A stretch of DNA of 60,350 nucleotides from Oscillospiraceae bacterium (GTDB lineage Bacteria > Bacillota > Clostridia > Oscillospirales > Oscillospiraceae): NCBI GenBank assembly GCA_045631305.1, contig JAZQUM010000022.1, positions 1 through 60,350 on the forward strand, in the 5' to 3' direction. A program made the position numbers and the translations under genes. Each line of letters begins with the position of its first letter. Position 1 is the first letter of the stretch. Below the pieces are notes generated by a model. It saw nothing but the letters and a program-made list of their open reading frames with translations, was not told the DNA's origin and did not search any database. Shown here one piece after another: positions 1 through 10,800 of this stretch.

Positions 1-939
1 GCCATCATCTCCATCTTCCTCGGAGATGAGATCACCGGCATCATCAACTCCATCATCAATGATACCGAGTATCACGACCCCACCCGCAAGAAGCTGCAGA
101 TTGGCGTAGATATTCTCCCCTCCATCCCCCAGGATACCACCGACCGCAACCGCACCTCTCCCCTTCCATTTACCGGTAATAAGTTCGAGTTCCGTATGCC
201 CGGCTCTTCCCAGTCTATCTCCAACCCCAACACTGTTCTCAACACCATCATGGCAGAAGAACTGTGCCAGTTTGCCGATATTCTGGAAAACGCAGATGAT
301 TTCCAGGCTGCTCTGGAAGACCTCCTGCGCAAGACCCTAACTGAGCATCAGCGCATCATCTTCGATGGCAACGGTTACGATAATTCCTGGGTAGAAGAAG
401 CTGAAAGACGCGGTCTTGCCAATCTGAACTGCGCACCCAAGGCTATCGCCCACTATACGCTGGATAAGAATATCGAACTTTTCTCCAAGCACGGTATTCT
501 CACCGCTGCAGAAATGTATGCCCGTCAGGAGATCCGTCAGGAAAACTATTGCAACGTCATCAGCATTGAAGGTACCACCCTCACCCATATGATCAAGCGC
601 GATATCATTCCTGCCGTCAGCTCCTACATCAGTCATCTCTGCACCACCATTCTCAACAAGAAAAACGCCGTTTCCGGTATTTCCTGCTATGTGGAAGAAT
701 CCCTTGCCACCAATCTTTCTTCTCTCAACAGCGCACTCCTTACTTCCTGCAAGAAGCTGGAAACCGCTTTGGCAGAAGCCCCCAAGGACTATACAGATCT
801 TTCCACCTCTGCTTATTATCACGACACCATCCTTCGTTTGATGGAAGAGTGCCGCGAATCTATCGATGCCATGGAATCCGTCACTTCCGACGAGTTCTGG
901 CCCTATCCTACCTACCGCGACATTCTCTTCGGCAACTAA
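1..939 (+). CDS. glnA: Glutamine synthetase type III, C-terminal portion (5' end outside window)
   Basis: Frame 1 is open from base 1. The translation ...DTTDRNRTSPLPFTGNKFEFRMPGSSQSISNPNTVLNT... is followed by the long C-terminal extension typical of GS-III. TAA at 937-939, then a hairpin terminator. Confidence 0.85.
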   Translation, partial: AIISIFLGDEITGIINSIINDTEYHDPTRKKLQIGVDILPSIPQDTTDRNRTSPLPFTGNKFEFRMPGSSQSISNPNTVLNTIMAEELCQFADILENADDFQAALEDLLRKTLTEHQRIIFDGNGYDNSWVEEAERRGLANLNCAPKAIAHYTLDKNIELFSKHGILTAAEMYARQEIRQENYCNVISIEGTTLTHMIKRDIIPAVSSYISHLCTTILNKKNAVSGISCYVEESLATNLSSLNSALLTSCKKLETALAEAPKDYTDLSTSAYYHDTILRLMEECRESIDAMESVTSDEFWPYPTYRDILFGN

Positions 940-943
940 TGAG

Positions 944-978
944 AAAAAACGCGCTGTGCAAAAGCACAGCGCGTTTTC
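944..978. terminator. Bidirectional rho-independent terminator between convergent glnA and NUDIX genes
   Basis: ACGCGCTGTGC-aaaa-GCACAGCGCGT stem (11 bp) flanked by an A-run and a T-run. Confidence 0.7.
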
Positions 979-980
979 AT

Positions 981-1535
981 TTAAAGAAGTCCTTTTTTCA
1001 GCATGTGGTATACACGCATGATAGATACCTGTGTCTTACTGTCGGGGATCTTACCTGCCATGATCTCTTCCACCAGGTCTTCGATCTTCACCAGTTCTAC
1101 ATCCAGAAATTCGTCCTCATCCAGATGGCGCTCACCGAAGGTAAGGTCGCGGGCAAGATAGATGTAGAGCACCTCATCGGTGTAAGCCGCAGCGGGATAA
1201 ATGGTGCCAAGATATTTCCAATCCTTGGCGGTGATACCCGTTTCCTCCCACAGTTCGCGGCGGGCAGCAGCTTCGTGGTCTTCGCTTTTGCTGTCCAGCT
1301 TGCCGGCGGGGATCTCGGTGATCACAGAGTCTACAGGATAGCGGAACTGGCGCTCCACCACCACGCGGTTATCTTCCGTCAGCGCCACCATGCATACAGC
1401 GCCCACATGACGCATCACTTCCCGCAGCGCGGTGTGGCCGTTGGGCAGCGTCACCTGATCTTTGTAAACGTGAAGCACCTTCCCATCATAGATCATTTCG
1501 GAAGTCAGCTTCTTTTCCACAAGATTATTTTCCAT
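981..1535 (-). CDS. NUDIX hydrolase, ADP-ribose pyrophosphatase-like
   Basis: NUDIX box ...GKLDSKSEDHEAAARRELWEETG...; N-terminus resembles NudF/YqkG. AAGGAG lies 8 nt before the ATG at 1535; an ATG at 1541 is also possible. Confidence 0.85.
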   Translation of the reverse strand: MENNLVEKKLTSEMIYDGKVLHVYKDQVTLPNGHTALREVMRHVGAVCMVALTEDNRVVVERQFRYPVDSVITEIPAGKLDSKSEDHEAAARRELWEETGITAKDWKYLGTIYPAAAYTDEVLYIYLARDLTFGERHLDEDEFLDVELVKIEDLVEEIMAGKIPDSKTQVSIMRVYHMLKKGLL

Positions 1536-2595
1536 TTTCATTACTCCTTTTTCTTTGCAGAGAGTGGATCAATACCAAAACAAGAAATACGCTTCCGGCA
1601 TAGCCGAACAGCGGATAGATCACGCCGATCAAATCACCAAAGCCCACAAGGCTCCCGGCAAATAAGGCTGCACCACCCACCGCCGCCATAGGGCTGCGGT
1701 AATTTTTTGTCTTGGGGAAATGCAGTTCAAAATAAGTAAAGACCGCCACTAAAGTGGATAGCGCCGTGCCAAACATGGCAAAAAGCAGCAGCGCGCCGTA
1801 ACAGTAGCCTCCCAGCGGAAAAAGTTCCAGCGCCGCGGAAAGCATAGGCAGCTCCTCTCCTACGGTTTGGGGCATCAGCAGCATGGCAAAAAGCACGCTC
1901 AAAGCGATCAGCAGCAGAAATACCGACCCGAGAGTCACGCCCTTTTCTGCTGTTCCCCGCTTTTCCACATAGCTGCCAACGGGCGAAAGAATGCCGATAG
2001 ACCCAAAAAGATTGTAGCCTACAAAAGAGAGCGCGCTGAGAATCCAGGATCCCAGCAGCGGATTATCGCTGAGATTGGAAGTGGGCAAAGCAAAGCTGCC
2101 GCCATTTTGAATGGCAGCCACCACGGCAAAAAGCACCGTAGCTCCCACTAAAATAGGAACTGTCAGAGAGAAAGAAGCCACCATACCGGAAAGACCTTTT
2201 GCCGAAACCAGCATTACCACCAAAGTGAATGCGGCACAGCCAAGCCACACAGGAATGGGAAAAAGCTTACAAAGCAGCGCGCCTGCACCTGCCACCATAA
2301 TCACAGCAACACCGAAAAGGCCCACAACCTCTAAAACAGCGCAGATGTTTCGAAGCCACGGCATCTCCCAAGGCACCACGATGCGGTCCATTTCCACGAT
2401 GCCCGTTTTCTGCACAAGGCGGATCAATATCACAGAAAACACCATCATAAAGCTAAGAGCAAGCCCTAAGCCGAAAAGCCCCCTTAAGCCAAAGGCGCCA
2501 AAAAATTGCCAGAGTTCCTGCCCGGAAACATACCCCGCACCGAGAAAACACCCGGCGTAAGTCAAAGCCAAGCGCGGCACAGAAATCTTTTTCAT
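1525..2595 (-). CDS. YkvI-family polytopic membrane protein (putative transporter)
   Basis: About 10 hydrophobic segments. N-terminus ...ALTYAGCFLGAGYVSGQELWQFFG... matches the YkvI-type motif. Confidence 0.65.
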   Translation of the reverse strand: MKKISVPRLALTYAGCFLGAGYVSGQELWQFFGAFGLRGLFGLGLALSFMMVFSVILIRLVQKTGIVEMDRIVVPWEMPWLRNICAVLEVVGLFGVAVIMVAGAGALLCKLFPIPVWLGCAAFTLVVMLVSAKGLSGMVASFSLTVPILVGATVLFAVVAAIQNGGSFALPTSNLSDNPLLGSWILSALSFVGYNLFGSIGILSPVGSYVEKRGTAEKGVTLGSVFLLLIALSVLFAMLLMPQTVGEELPMLSAALELFPLGGYCYGALLLFAMFGTALSTLVAVFTYFELHFPKTKNYRSPMAAVGGAALFAGSLVGFGDLIGVIYPLFGYAGSVFLVLVLIHSLQRKRSNENGK

Positions 2596-2700
2596 CTTCC
2601 AGCTCCTTTCTTTTTGCTACTGCTCCATTCTATCACATCCGTCAAGCCCATCCCACACAGGGTTTTCTCTGGAAATGCAGAAATTTTATCCTTTTCTCCA

Positions 2701-2729
2701 TTGCTTTTTTCACTTCCATTCCATATAAT
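2701..2729 (+). promoter_or_regulatory. Candidate sigma-A promoter of asnA
   Basis: TTGCTT (2701-2706), 17-nt spacer, TATAAT (2724-2729), 37 nt upstream of the asnA ATG. Confidence 0.45.
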
Positions 2730-2765
2730 GGTGGTGTATGCTGTAAAAAAAGAGGTGTTTAACAA

Positions 2766-3773
2766 ATGAGCAAAGTTTACATTCCCGAAGGTTACAAAAC
2801 TCCCCTCTCTTCCTATGAAATGCAGAGAGCTATTGAGTTCATCAAGTCCAATTTCCAGGTGAATCTTTCCAATGCACTGAATCTGCGCCGTGTTTCCGCT
2901 CCCCTGTTTGTTGCGGAAAATTCCGGTCTGAATGATAACCTGAATGGCTTTGAGCGTCCTGTAAGCTTTGACATTCCCGACGTTGGCAACAACGCTCAGG
3001 TTGTTCATTCTCTGGCCAAGTGGAAGCGTCTTGCCCTCAAGCGCTATGAATTCCATGTAGGCATGGGCCTCTACACCGATATGAACGCTATCCGTCGCGA
3101 TGAAGAAGTGGATAACATCCACTCCATCTACGTGGACCAGTGGGACTGGGAAAAGGTTATCTCCCGTGAAAACCGCACCGTGGAATACCTGAAGGAAACT
3201 GTTCGCAACATCGTTGGTGCCGTTTGCGAAACTTCCGAGGCGCTGAATGTTGCTTTCCCCAGCCTGCATGTGAAGCTGGACCGTGAAGTGTTCTTCATCA
3301 CCACTCAGGAACTGGAAGATATGTATCCCGACCTCACCGCTAAGGAACGTGAAAATGCCATCTGCCGTGAACATCACACCGTGTTCCTCATGCAGATCGG
3401 CAAGACCCTTACTTCCGGCAAGAAGCATGACGGCCGCGCTCCCGACTATGATGACTGGGATCTCAACGGCGACATCCTGGTTTGGAACGAAGTTCTGGGC
3501 CATGCTTTTGAAATCTCCTCCATGGGTATCCGTGTTGACCGCGAAGCTCTGGACCGTCAGCTGACCATTTCCGGCTGCAACGATCGCCGTGAACTTCCCT
3601 TCCACAAGATGCTCCTTAACGATGAACTGCCTCTAGCCATCGGCGGCGGCATCGGTCAGTCCCGTCTGTGCATGCTGATGATCGGCACCTGCCACATCGG
3701 CGAAGTACAGGCTAGCCTTTGGGACGAAGCCACCCTCGCCAAGTGCGAAGAAGCAGGCGTTCGCATCCTGTAA
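2766..3773 (+). CDS. asnA: Aspartate--ammonia ligase (asparagine synthetase A)
   Basis: 335 aa. N-terminus ...YEMQRAIEFIKSNFQ...LRRVSAPLFV... and C-terminus ...GGGIGQSRLCMLM... are typical of AsnA. SD AAAGAGG upstream. Confidence 0.9.
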   Translation: MSKVYIPEGYKTPLSSYEMQRAIEFIKSNFQVNLSNALNLRRVSAPLFVAENSGLNDNLNGFERPVSFDIPDVGNNAQVVHSLAKWKRLALKRYEFHVGMGLYTDMNAIRRDEEVDNIHSIYVDQWDWEKVISRENRTVEYLKETVRNIVGAVCETSEALNVAFPSLHVKLDREVFFITTQELEDMYPDLTAKERENAICREHHTVFLMQIGKTLTSGKKHDGRAPDYDDWDLNGDILVWNEVLGHAFEISSMGIRVDREALDRQLTISGCNDRRELPFHKMLLNDELPLAIGGGIGQSRLCMLMIGTCHIGEVQASLWDEATLAKCEEAGVRIL

Positions 3774-3782
3774 TTTTTAAAC

Positions 3783-3816
3783 AAAAAACCTCCGTACTCT
3801 CGGTACGGAGGTTTTC
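3783..3816. terminator. Bidirectional terminator between convergent asnA and the MATE gene
   Basis: CCTCCGTAC / GTACGGAGG stem with flanking A6 and T4. Confidence 0.7.
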
Positions 3817-3825
3817 TTATTTTTC

Positions 3826-5163
3826 TCAAAAGTAGTGATATTTGTTTCTCTTTGCTATGAGGAAAATCACCGTCAGCGAGCCTGCCATCACTTCTGCCAC
3901 AATGATGGAGAGCCACACACCGTTGATGTCCCAAAGCAGCGGCAGCAGCAGTACCGCCGCAGCCTGAAATACCAGCGTGCGCAAAAAGGAGATCAGCGCA
4001 GAGGTAAGGCCATCGTTCAGGGCGGTAAAAAAGCCCGAACCGTAAATAGCAATGCCCATAAAAATGAAGGAAAGGCTGAAGATACGGAACCCCGATACGG
4101 TAAGCTCCATCAAGGCTGCATCGTAACCCACAAAGATTTTCGCCAAAGGTACCGCCAGCGCTTCCGCTACAACGATCATTCCCGCACCGCAAATCACGAT
4201 CATCGTAAGGCTTTTCCGCAAAACGCCTTTAAGCTCAGCATGATTCTGCGCCCCGTCATGATAGCCGACAATGGGAGCCGTGCCAATGGAATAACCGATA
4301 AAGGTAGCAGAAAAGATAAAACTCACATACATCATCACGCCGTATGCCGCAACACCGTTCTGCCCCGCATAGGTCAAAAGCTGCAGATTATATAAAACGC
4401 CCACAATGCTCATGGAGACATTGCTCATAAATTCTGAAGACCCATTAACACAGGCTTTGACGATAGCCTTTCCATCGAAATAGGTCTTTCCCAGACGCAA
4501 AAGACTGTCGTTTTCCCGGAAGAAATAGAAAAGCGGGATCACACCGCCAACGATCTGGCTCATACCCGTGGCAACAGCTGCACCTGCAATTTTCCACTCC
4601 TGCGGCAGCGACAGTACCAATATCGCATCCAGCGCCATATTGGTGATACCCGAAATCAGCGACACCCAAAAACTTACATTGGGTTTTTCAGCCGTAATAT
4701 AAAAGCTTTGGAAAACAAGCTGCAGCACAAAAAACGGCAAGGCAAACAAAATGATCCGCCCGTAAAGCACGCAGTTTTCCAAAAGCTCTCCTTCCGCACC
4801 AAGCCGCACGGATAAGGGACGAATAAAAATCATACCCAGAATCGCCAGCGCAACACCCAGGCCAAAAGCAACATAGACGAAAAGTGCAAAGTATTTATTT
4901 GCCCTTTCCATGTCCCCTTCGCCCATGGTCTTTGCCACAATGGCGCTGCCGCCTGTACCGAACATAAAGCCCACTGTAGAGAGAATGATCAAAACGGGCA
5001 TGATGAGGTTAATGGCGGCAAAGGGTGTCTTCCCCGCAAAATTAGAAACGAAGAACCCATCCACCACACCGTAGATGGAGGTAAAGACCATCATGGCCAT
5101 GGAGGGCAGCGTAAAGCGCAGCAAGCGCCCATAAGTAAAGTGGTCGGAAAGCTGAATTCTCAT
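3826..5163 (-). CDS. MATE family efflux transporter
   Basis: 12-TM protein. N-terminus MRIQLSDHFTYGRLLRFTLPSMAMMVFTSIYGVVDGFFVSNF is typical of MATE. The ATG at 5163 overlaps the upstream TGA (ATGA). Confidence 0.85.
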   Translation of the reverse strand: MRIQLSDHFTYGRLLRFTLPSMAMMVFTSIYGVVDGFFVSNFAGKTPFAAINLIMPVLIILSTVGFMFGTGGSAIVAKTMGEGDMERANKYFALFVYVAFGLGVALAILGMIFIRPLSVRLGAEGELLENCVLYGRIILFALPFFVLQLVFQSFYITAEKPNVSFWVSLISGITNMALDAILVLSLPQEWKIAGAAVATGMSQIVGGVIPLFYFFRENDSLLRLGKTYFDGKAIVKACVNGSSEFMSNVSMSIVGVLYNLQLLTYAGQNGVAAYGVMMYVSFIFSATFIGYSIGTAPIVGYHDGAQNHAELKGVLRKSLTMIVICGAGMIVVAEALAVPLAKIFVGYDAALMELTVSGFRIFSLSFIFMGIAIYGSGFFTALNDGLTSALISFLRTLVFQAAAVLLLPLLWDINGVWLSIIVAEVMAGSLTVIFLIAKRNKYHYF

Positions 5164-5780
5164 ACTTCCCTCCCAAACCAGCGCATAGCAAAGTCCGCCA
5201 CCGCAGAAGCCATCTCTTTCACGCTCCAGTGGCTGGTATTCACCGTCAGGTGGTAATTCTCGGAATCGCCCCAATCGCTGCCAGAAAGGATGGCACGGGC
5301 CTGAGAGCGCATTTTATCCACCTGCTTCATTTTGCGGGCCAGTTCTTTTTCCGTCAGGTTTTCTTTTTCGGCAGCGCGCTCCATACAGCGATAAAGCTTA
5401 GCCTCCATTTCCGCACAAACGAAAATATTAAAGGGCTTGAAATCTTCCAGGATCACATCTGCGTTGCGGCCCACAATGATACAGTCTTTTCCCAAAGAGG
5501 CGATCTTTTCGATGACCTTCTTCTGCTCCAGCAACCGCTGCACCAGCCCGCTCTGGGCATAGGCTGAGGAGTTCAGCGTGGCACGGAAGGTAAAGGGATA
5601 TTGCTTCCACTCATGATTGCCAAAAGCCTTTTCCACATGGTCCGCGTCTTCTCTGCTGCGCTTTGCCATTTCGGCAATGATTTCGCCATCGTAATAGTCA
5701 AAGTGCAGAAGATCGGCAAGGCGCTTTCCCAACTCGCGGCCGCCGCTGCCAAACTCACGGCTTATGGTAATAATCTTCAT
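5160..5780 (-). CDS. Cytidylate kinase-like family protein
   Basis: MKIITISREFGSGGRELGKRLADLL... P-loop-like N-terminus of the cytidylate-kinase-like family. SD GGAAAGGA upstream of the ATG at 5780. Confidence 0.7.
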   Translation of the reverse strand: MKIITISREFGSGGRELGKRLADLLHFDYYDGEIIAEMAKRSREDADHVEKAFGNHEWKQYPFTFRATLNSSAYAQSGLVQRLLEQKKVIEKIASLGKDCIIVGRNADVILEDFKPFNIFVCAEMEAKLYRCMERAAEKENLTEKELARKMKQVDKMRSQARAILSGSDWGDSENYHLTVNTSHWSVKEMASAVADFAMRWFGREV

Positions 5781-5839
5781 AAAACCGCATCCTTTCCTAA
5801 CCAAAATGGGCCGCAGGAAATTTCCTGCGGCTCATATTT

Positions 5840-6478
5840 TTATTTTGCTTCTTCTCTGGGGCCGGGGCGAAAAGCCTGCTCCAGCACTTCAAGAGAAAGC
5901 TGACCTGCGGAAAGCTCCGTCAGCCGCGCAGAAAATGCTTCCACCTTTTCTGCAGGGAAAAGCACCGTCAGCACGATATCTGCCTGATAATCGGTTTCTT
6001 CCACCACACCGTCAAAGGCGGCGATCTCCAGCTTCATCCTCTCATAAAGCGAATAGGAGCAAGGGATCAGCACCTTCGCCCAAAGGCTCATGCGACTCAC
6101 ACCAGAGGCATTCAGCGCATCCTTGGCGCCCTTGGCATAAGCACGGGTCAAACCGCCTGCACCCAAAAGGATGCCGCCGAAATACCGCGTCACCACACAG
6201 CAGGCATTGAAAACCCCCTCACGCTGGAACACATTCAGCATAGGCTGACCAGCCGTTCCCTGAGGCTCGCCATCGTCACTGTAGCGCAGGATGTTACCGT
6301 CCTTCAAAAGGTAGCACCAGCAGTGATGGCGCGCATCATGAAACTCCGCCTTAGTGCGGCGGATATGCTCCTGTGCCTCCGCTTCCGTTTCCACCCGCCA
6401 GCAGCGGCTGATAAAACGGGAGCGCTTTTCGGTAAATTCACTTTCTGCATCCTCAAAGGGAATCAGATATTCTTCCAT
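5840..6478 (-). CDS. YigZ / IMPACT family protein
   Basis: ...EKRSRFISRCW...DARHHCWCYLL...DDGEPQGTAGQPML... are conserved YigZ motifs. The start at MEEYLIPF lies just after the hflX stop. Confidence 0.8.
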   Translation of the reverse strand: MEEYLIPFEDAESEFTEKRSRFISRCWRVETEAEAQEHIRRTKAEFHDARHHCWCYLLKDGNILRYSDDGEPQGTAGQPMLNVFQREGVFNACCVVTRYFGGILLGAGGLTRAYAKGAKDALNASGVSRMSLWAKVLIPCSYSLYERMKLEIAAFDGVVEETDYQADIVLTVLFPAEKVEAFSARLTELSAGQLSLEVLEQAFRPGPREEAK

Positions 6479-6480
6479 AC

Positions 6481-7788
6481 TCAATCTTCCCAATCCTCTT
6501 TCGGAGGCTTCCAGCCCTCGATGTAATCTTTCAGCATACCCAGCACACGGGGCACACAAACTGCCACAATATCAATGCATTCGCCGTATTCCACGCTTTC
6601 CACCTTCGCCTCGCGGTAAAGCATATCAAGATAGGAGCTCTTGTCATAAGGCAGATGGATGGTAACTCTGCGGTTGCCCTTATCCAGCTTTGCATCGATG
6701 GCAGCAAGGAGTCGGTCCACCCCTTCGCCGCTCTTGGCAGAAATGGAAACAATATCTTCCCCGTGGGGCAGGATATCGCCCACCACAAGGTCAGACTTGT
6801 TGAAAACATTGATGCGGGGCAAATGATCAGCCCCAAGCTCGTGAATCAGATTTTCCACGATCTCCATCTGCTGCATCCACTCAGGGTTGGATACGTCCAC
6901 CACGTGCAGCAGAAGATCTGCATATTCCAGCTCTTCCAGAGTTGCCTTAAAGGCTTCCACCAGCTGATGGGGAAGCTTGCGGATAAAACCAACGGTGTCG
7001 GAGATCACCACGTCCAGCGTGTCACTTACGGTGAGCAGACGGCTGGTGGTATCCAGAGTGTCAAAAAGGCGGTTATTGGCGGGAATATCCGCGCCTGTAA
7101 GGTAGTTCAAAAGCGTGGATTTGCCCGCATTGGTATAGCCCACGATAGCCACCACGGGGATCTCATTTTTCATGCGGCGCTCACGCTGGGTACCGCGCAC
7201 GCGGCGCACTTCTTCTAGTTCTTCTTTCAGCTTGGTGATCTTGCGATGGATATGGCGGCGGTCGGTTTCCAGCTGGGTTTCACCGGGGCCACGGCTGCCG
7301 ATGGGACCCTTACCGCTGGTACCTGCCTGACGCTCAAGATGCGTCCACATACCGATCAGGCGGGGCAACAGATATTCATACTGAGCCAGTTCCACCTGCA
7401 GGCGGCCTTCCTTGGTCTTGGCGCGCTGGGCAAAAATGTCCAGGATCAGACCGCTGCGGTCCAGCACCTGCACGCCCATAAGTTCGGAAAGCACGCGCAT
7501 CTGGGAGGGCGAAAGAGTATTGTCAAAAATAACCATGGTAGCCTTGTTGCTTTCCACAAAAAGGCGCACCTCTTCCACCTTACCCTCGCCGATAAAGGTG
7601 CGGGGATCGGGCTTATCCTTATTCTGCAGAACGCTGCAAATCGCTTCGCCGCCTGCGGTTTCCACCAGCGCGGCCAGTTCTTCCAGACTGCTTTCGTCTG
7701 CATTTTCGCTGCGGTCAAGGCAGGATGCGTTCAACCCCACCAATACGGCACGGTCCCGCTTCTCTGCTTCTTTTTCCAAAATATCCAT
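6481..7788 (-). CDS. hflX: GTPase HflX
   Basis: HflX N-terminal domain plus G-domain (GYTNAGKST, DTVGF, NKSD). Confidence 0.9.
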   Translation of the reverse strand: MDILEKEAEKRDRAVLVGLNASCLDRSENADESSLEELAALVETAGGEAICSVLQNKDKPDPRTFIGEGKVEEVRLFVESNKATMVIFDNTLSPSQMRVLSELMGVQVLDRSGLILDIFAQRAKTKEGRLQVELAQYEYLLPRLIGMWTHLERQAGTSGKGPIGSRGPGETQLETDRRHIHRKITKLKEELEEVRRVRGTQRERRMKNEIPVVAIVGYTNAGKSTLLNYLTGADIPANNRLFDTLDTTSRLLTVSDTLDVVISDTVGFIRKLPHQLVEAFKATLEELEYADLLLHVVDVSNPEWMQQMEIVENLIHELGADHLPRINVFNKSDLVVGDILPHGEDIVSISAKSGEGVDRLLAAIDAKLDKGNRRVTIHLPYDKSSYLDMLYREAKVESVEYGECIDIVAVCVPRVLGMLKDYIEGWKPPKEDWED

Positions 7789-7800
7789 AGAACCTCGCTT

Positions 7801-10800
7801 TTAGAAAAGTGTGATCTGACTGGTCTCTGCCATACCGGCAAAGGCGCCCAGTCCCTTCAGCTGCTCAATATGGGTTTTAGAGAGCTTGGAGCAGCACATG
7901 GAAAATTCTTCAATGGAGATAAAATGCTTGCCCTTGCGCTTTTCCACCGTGTCAAACGCAGCGGATTCACCAAGGCCATGCACCGAGGTAAAGGGCGGCA
8001 GAAGACCATTTTCCACGATCTTGAAATCCACCGCTTCAGACTCGTAAATGTTGATAGGTTCAAAGTGGAAACCACGGCGATAGAACTCATAGCACACTTC
8101 CAGCGTGACCAGCATGTTCTGTTCCACAGCGGTAGCGTCCTTATTGTTTTCGATCTCGTGGATCTTCTTTTTCACCGCATCGATGCCGGCGCAGCAGAAT
8201 TCCGCATCAAATGCCTTAGCGCGAATGCTGAAATAAGTGGCATAAAACGCCAAAGGATGATGTACCTTGAACCACGCAATGCGAAATGCCATCATAACAT
8301 AGGCAACGGCATGGGCCTTGGGGAACAAGTAACCGATCTTGGCAAGGGAATCAATGTACCACTCAGGCACATCGTGTTCCCGCATGGCCTCTACCCAACC
8401 TTCATCAAAGCCGCCCTTTTTCACCTTGCCCTTACGGACCTTTTCCATGATCTTGAAAGACATCTTGGGATCAAGGCCCTTGGCGATGAGATAAAGCATG
8501 ATGTCGTCTCGGCAGCCTACAGTCTGCAGTACGGAAGCCGTGCCGCTGATAATAAGGTCACGGGCATTGCCGATCCACACGTCGGTACCGTGGGAGAAGC
8601 CTGAAAGACGGACAAGGGTATTGAAGTCCTTGGGCTGGGTATCCACCAGCATGGCACGGGTAAAACGGGTGTTGAACTCAGGAATGGCCACAGCGCCCGT
8701 GGGGCCAAGCAGTTCATCATTTTCAAAACCAAGCACCTTGGAAGATGTGAAGATACTCATGGTATCAGGGTCATCCAGCGGGATCTCGCGGGCATTGACC
8801 CCCGTAAGGTCTTCCATCATGCGGATCATGGAGGGGTCATCGTGACCCAGCATATCCAGCTTCAGGAGGTTATCTTCCATGCAGTGGTATTCGAAATGGG
8901 TAGTAACGGTGTCTGCCTCAGCATCGTCTGCAGGGTGCTGCACCGCGGTAAAATCTTCAATATCCAGATCGTCAGGCACTACTACCAGACCACCGGGATG
9001 CTGCCCCGTGGTGCGGCGCACGCCTACGCAGCCAAGCGTCAGACGGTTGATCTCGGCAGAGCCTGCCGTCATCTCGTTTTCATCCACATACTTGCGCACG
9101 AAACCGTAAGCCGTTTTTTCCGCAAGGGTACCGATGGTACCTGCACGGAACACCTGCGTCTCACCGAACATTTCAATGGCGTGGCGATGGGCTCGGCCCT
9201 GATACATACCGGAGAAGTTCAGGTCGATATCGGGCACCTTACCGCCGCCGTAACCGAGGAAGGTTTCAAAGGGAATGTCGAAGCCTTCCTTTACAAATTT
9301 GGTACCACATTCGGGGCAGTTTTTATCGGGCATATCCGCACCGCAGCCGTAAGACTGGTCAAGGATAAACTCCGCATGCTTGCAGTTGGGACAGCGATAA
9401 TGGGGCGGCAGAGAGTTTACCTCCGTGATGCCCGACATAAAGGCCACCAGCGAGGAACCTACACTGCCTCGGGAGCCTACCAGATAGCCGCACTCAAGGC
9501 TGCGCTGCACCAGCTTCTGCGCCGTCATGTAAACTACGTCGTATTTGCCCAGAATACCGCCCAGTTCCACGTTCAGTCGGTCCACGATCAGCTGGTTGGG
9601 ATTATCGCCATAGAGTTCCCGCACTTTGCCCCAAACCAGGTCACTGAGTTCCTGCTCGGAATTTTCCAGACGAGGCGGGAATAGTTTGCCACCGGGCAGA
9701 AGTTCGATCACTTCCACCTGATCGGCAATATCTCTGGGGTTCTTGATGACCACTTCGTAAGCCTTTTCTTCCCCCAGATAGCTGAATTCTTCCAGCATTT
9801 CATCGGTGGTCTTGAAATAAATGGGCAGCGGCGCGTTGGCATCGGCAAATTTCTTGGAAGCCAGCAGAATGTGGCGGTAGACCTCATCCTCAGGCTCACG
9901 GAAATGCACGTCACCTGTTGCGCAGACGGGCTTACCCAGTTCTTCGCCCAGACGCACGATGGTGCGGTTGAAATCACGCAGCTCTTCTTCAGAGCTGACC
10001 ACACCGTCACGCAGCATAAACATATTGTTGCAGATGGGCTGGATCTCCAGATAATCATAGAAGGAGGCGATGCGCTTGAGCTCATCCCAACCTTTATGAT
10101 CCTTCACCGCGTGGAAGAGTTCACCCGCTTCACAAGCAGAACCGATGATAAGACCCTCGCGGTGCTTGATCAGCTCCGTTTTGGGAATAGTGGGTACGCG
10201 CTTAAAATACTTCAGGTTGGAAAGACTTACCAACTGATAGAGATTTTTAAGGCCCATCTTGTTTTTGGCAATCAGGATAATGTGCTTGGGGAAGCGGTTG
10301 GTCTTGCTGCCTGCAGGACGAAGCTTCAGCATTTCCTCGTTGATGCTCTGCACATCGTTGATACCGCGCTCACGAAGCATCTTCCAGAAAGGCACCAGCA
10401 TATAGGCAACGGTAGCCGCATCATCGCTGGCGCGATGATGGTTAAAGGCAGGAAGCTCCAGATGCTCTGCCACGATATCCAGCTTGTATTTGCCAAGATC
10501 CGGCAGGAGGTTCTGCGCAAGGATCAAAGAGTCGATGTAAGTGGGATCGAAATCCAGGCCTGTCTTTTCGCACCACTCGCGGATAAAGCTGATGTCAAAA
10601 TCCGCATTATGGGCAGCCAAAGGACGGCCATCCACGAAATCAAGGAAGGCCTGCAGCGCTTCTTTAGGCTGAGGGGCATCTTTGAGCATCTCATCGGTGA
10701 TGCCCGTAAGACCGATATTTTCAGGCGTCAAACGGCGGTTGGGGTTCACAAAGGTCTGGAATCGCTCCTTCACTTCCCCGTTTTTCAAAACCACCGCACC

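Noticed and set aside
7246-8604. Long plus-strand ORF (452 aa) and neighbours at 8842-9684 and 9871-11415
   Set aside because: They lie entirely antisense to polC. Their products are low-complexity with no SD or motifs. They are shadow ORFs typical of GC-rich third-position coding on the other strand.
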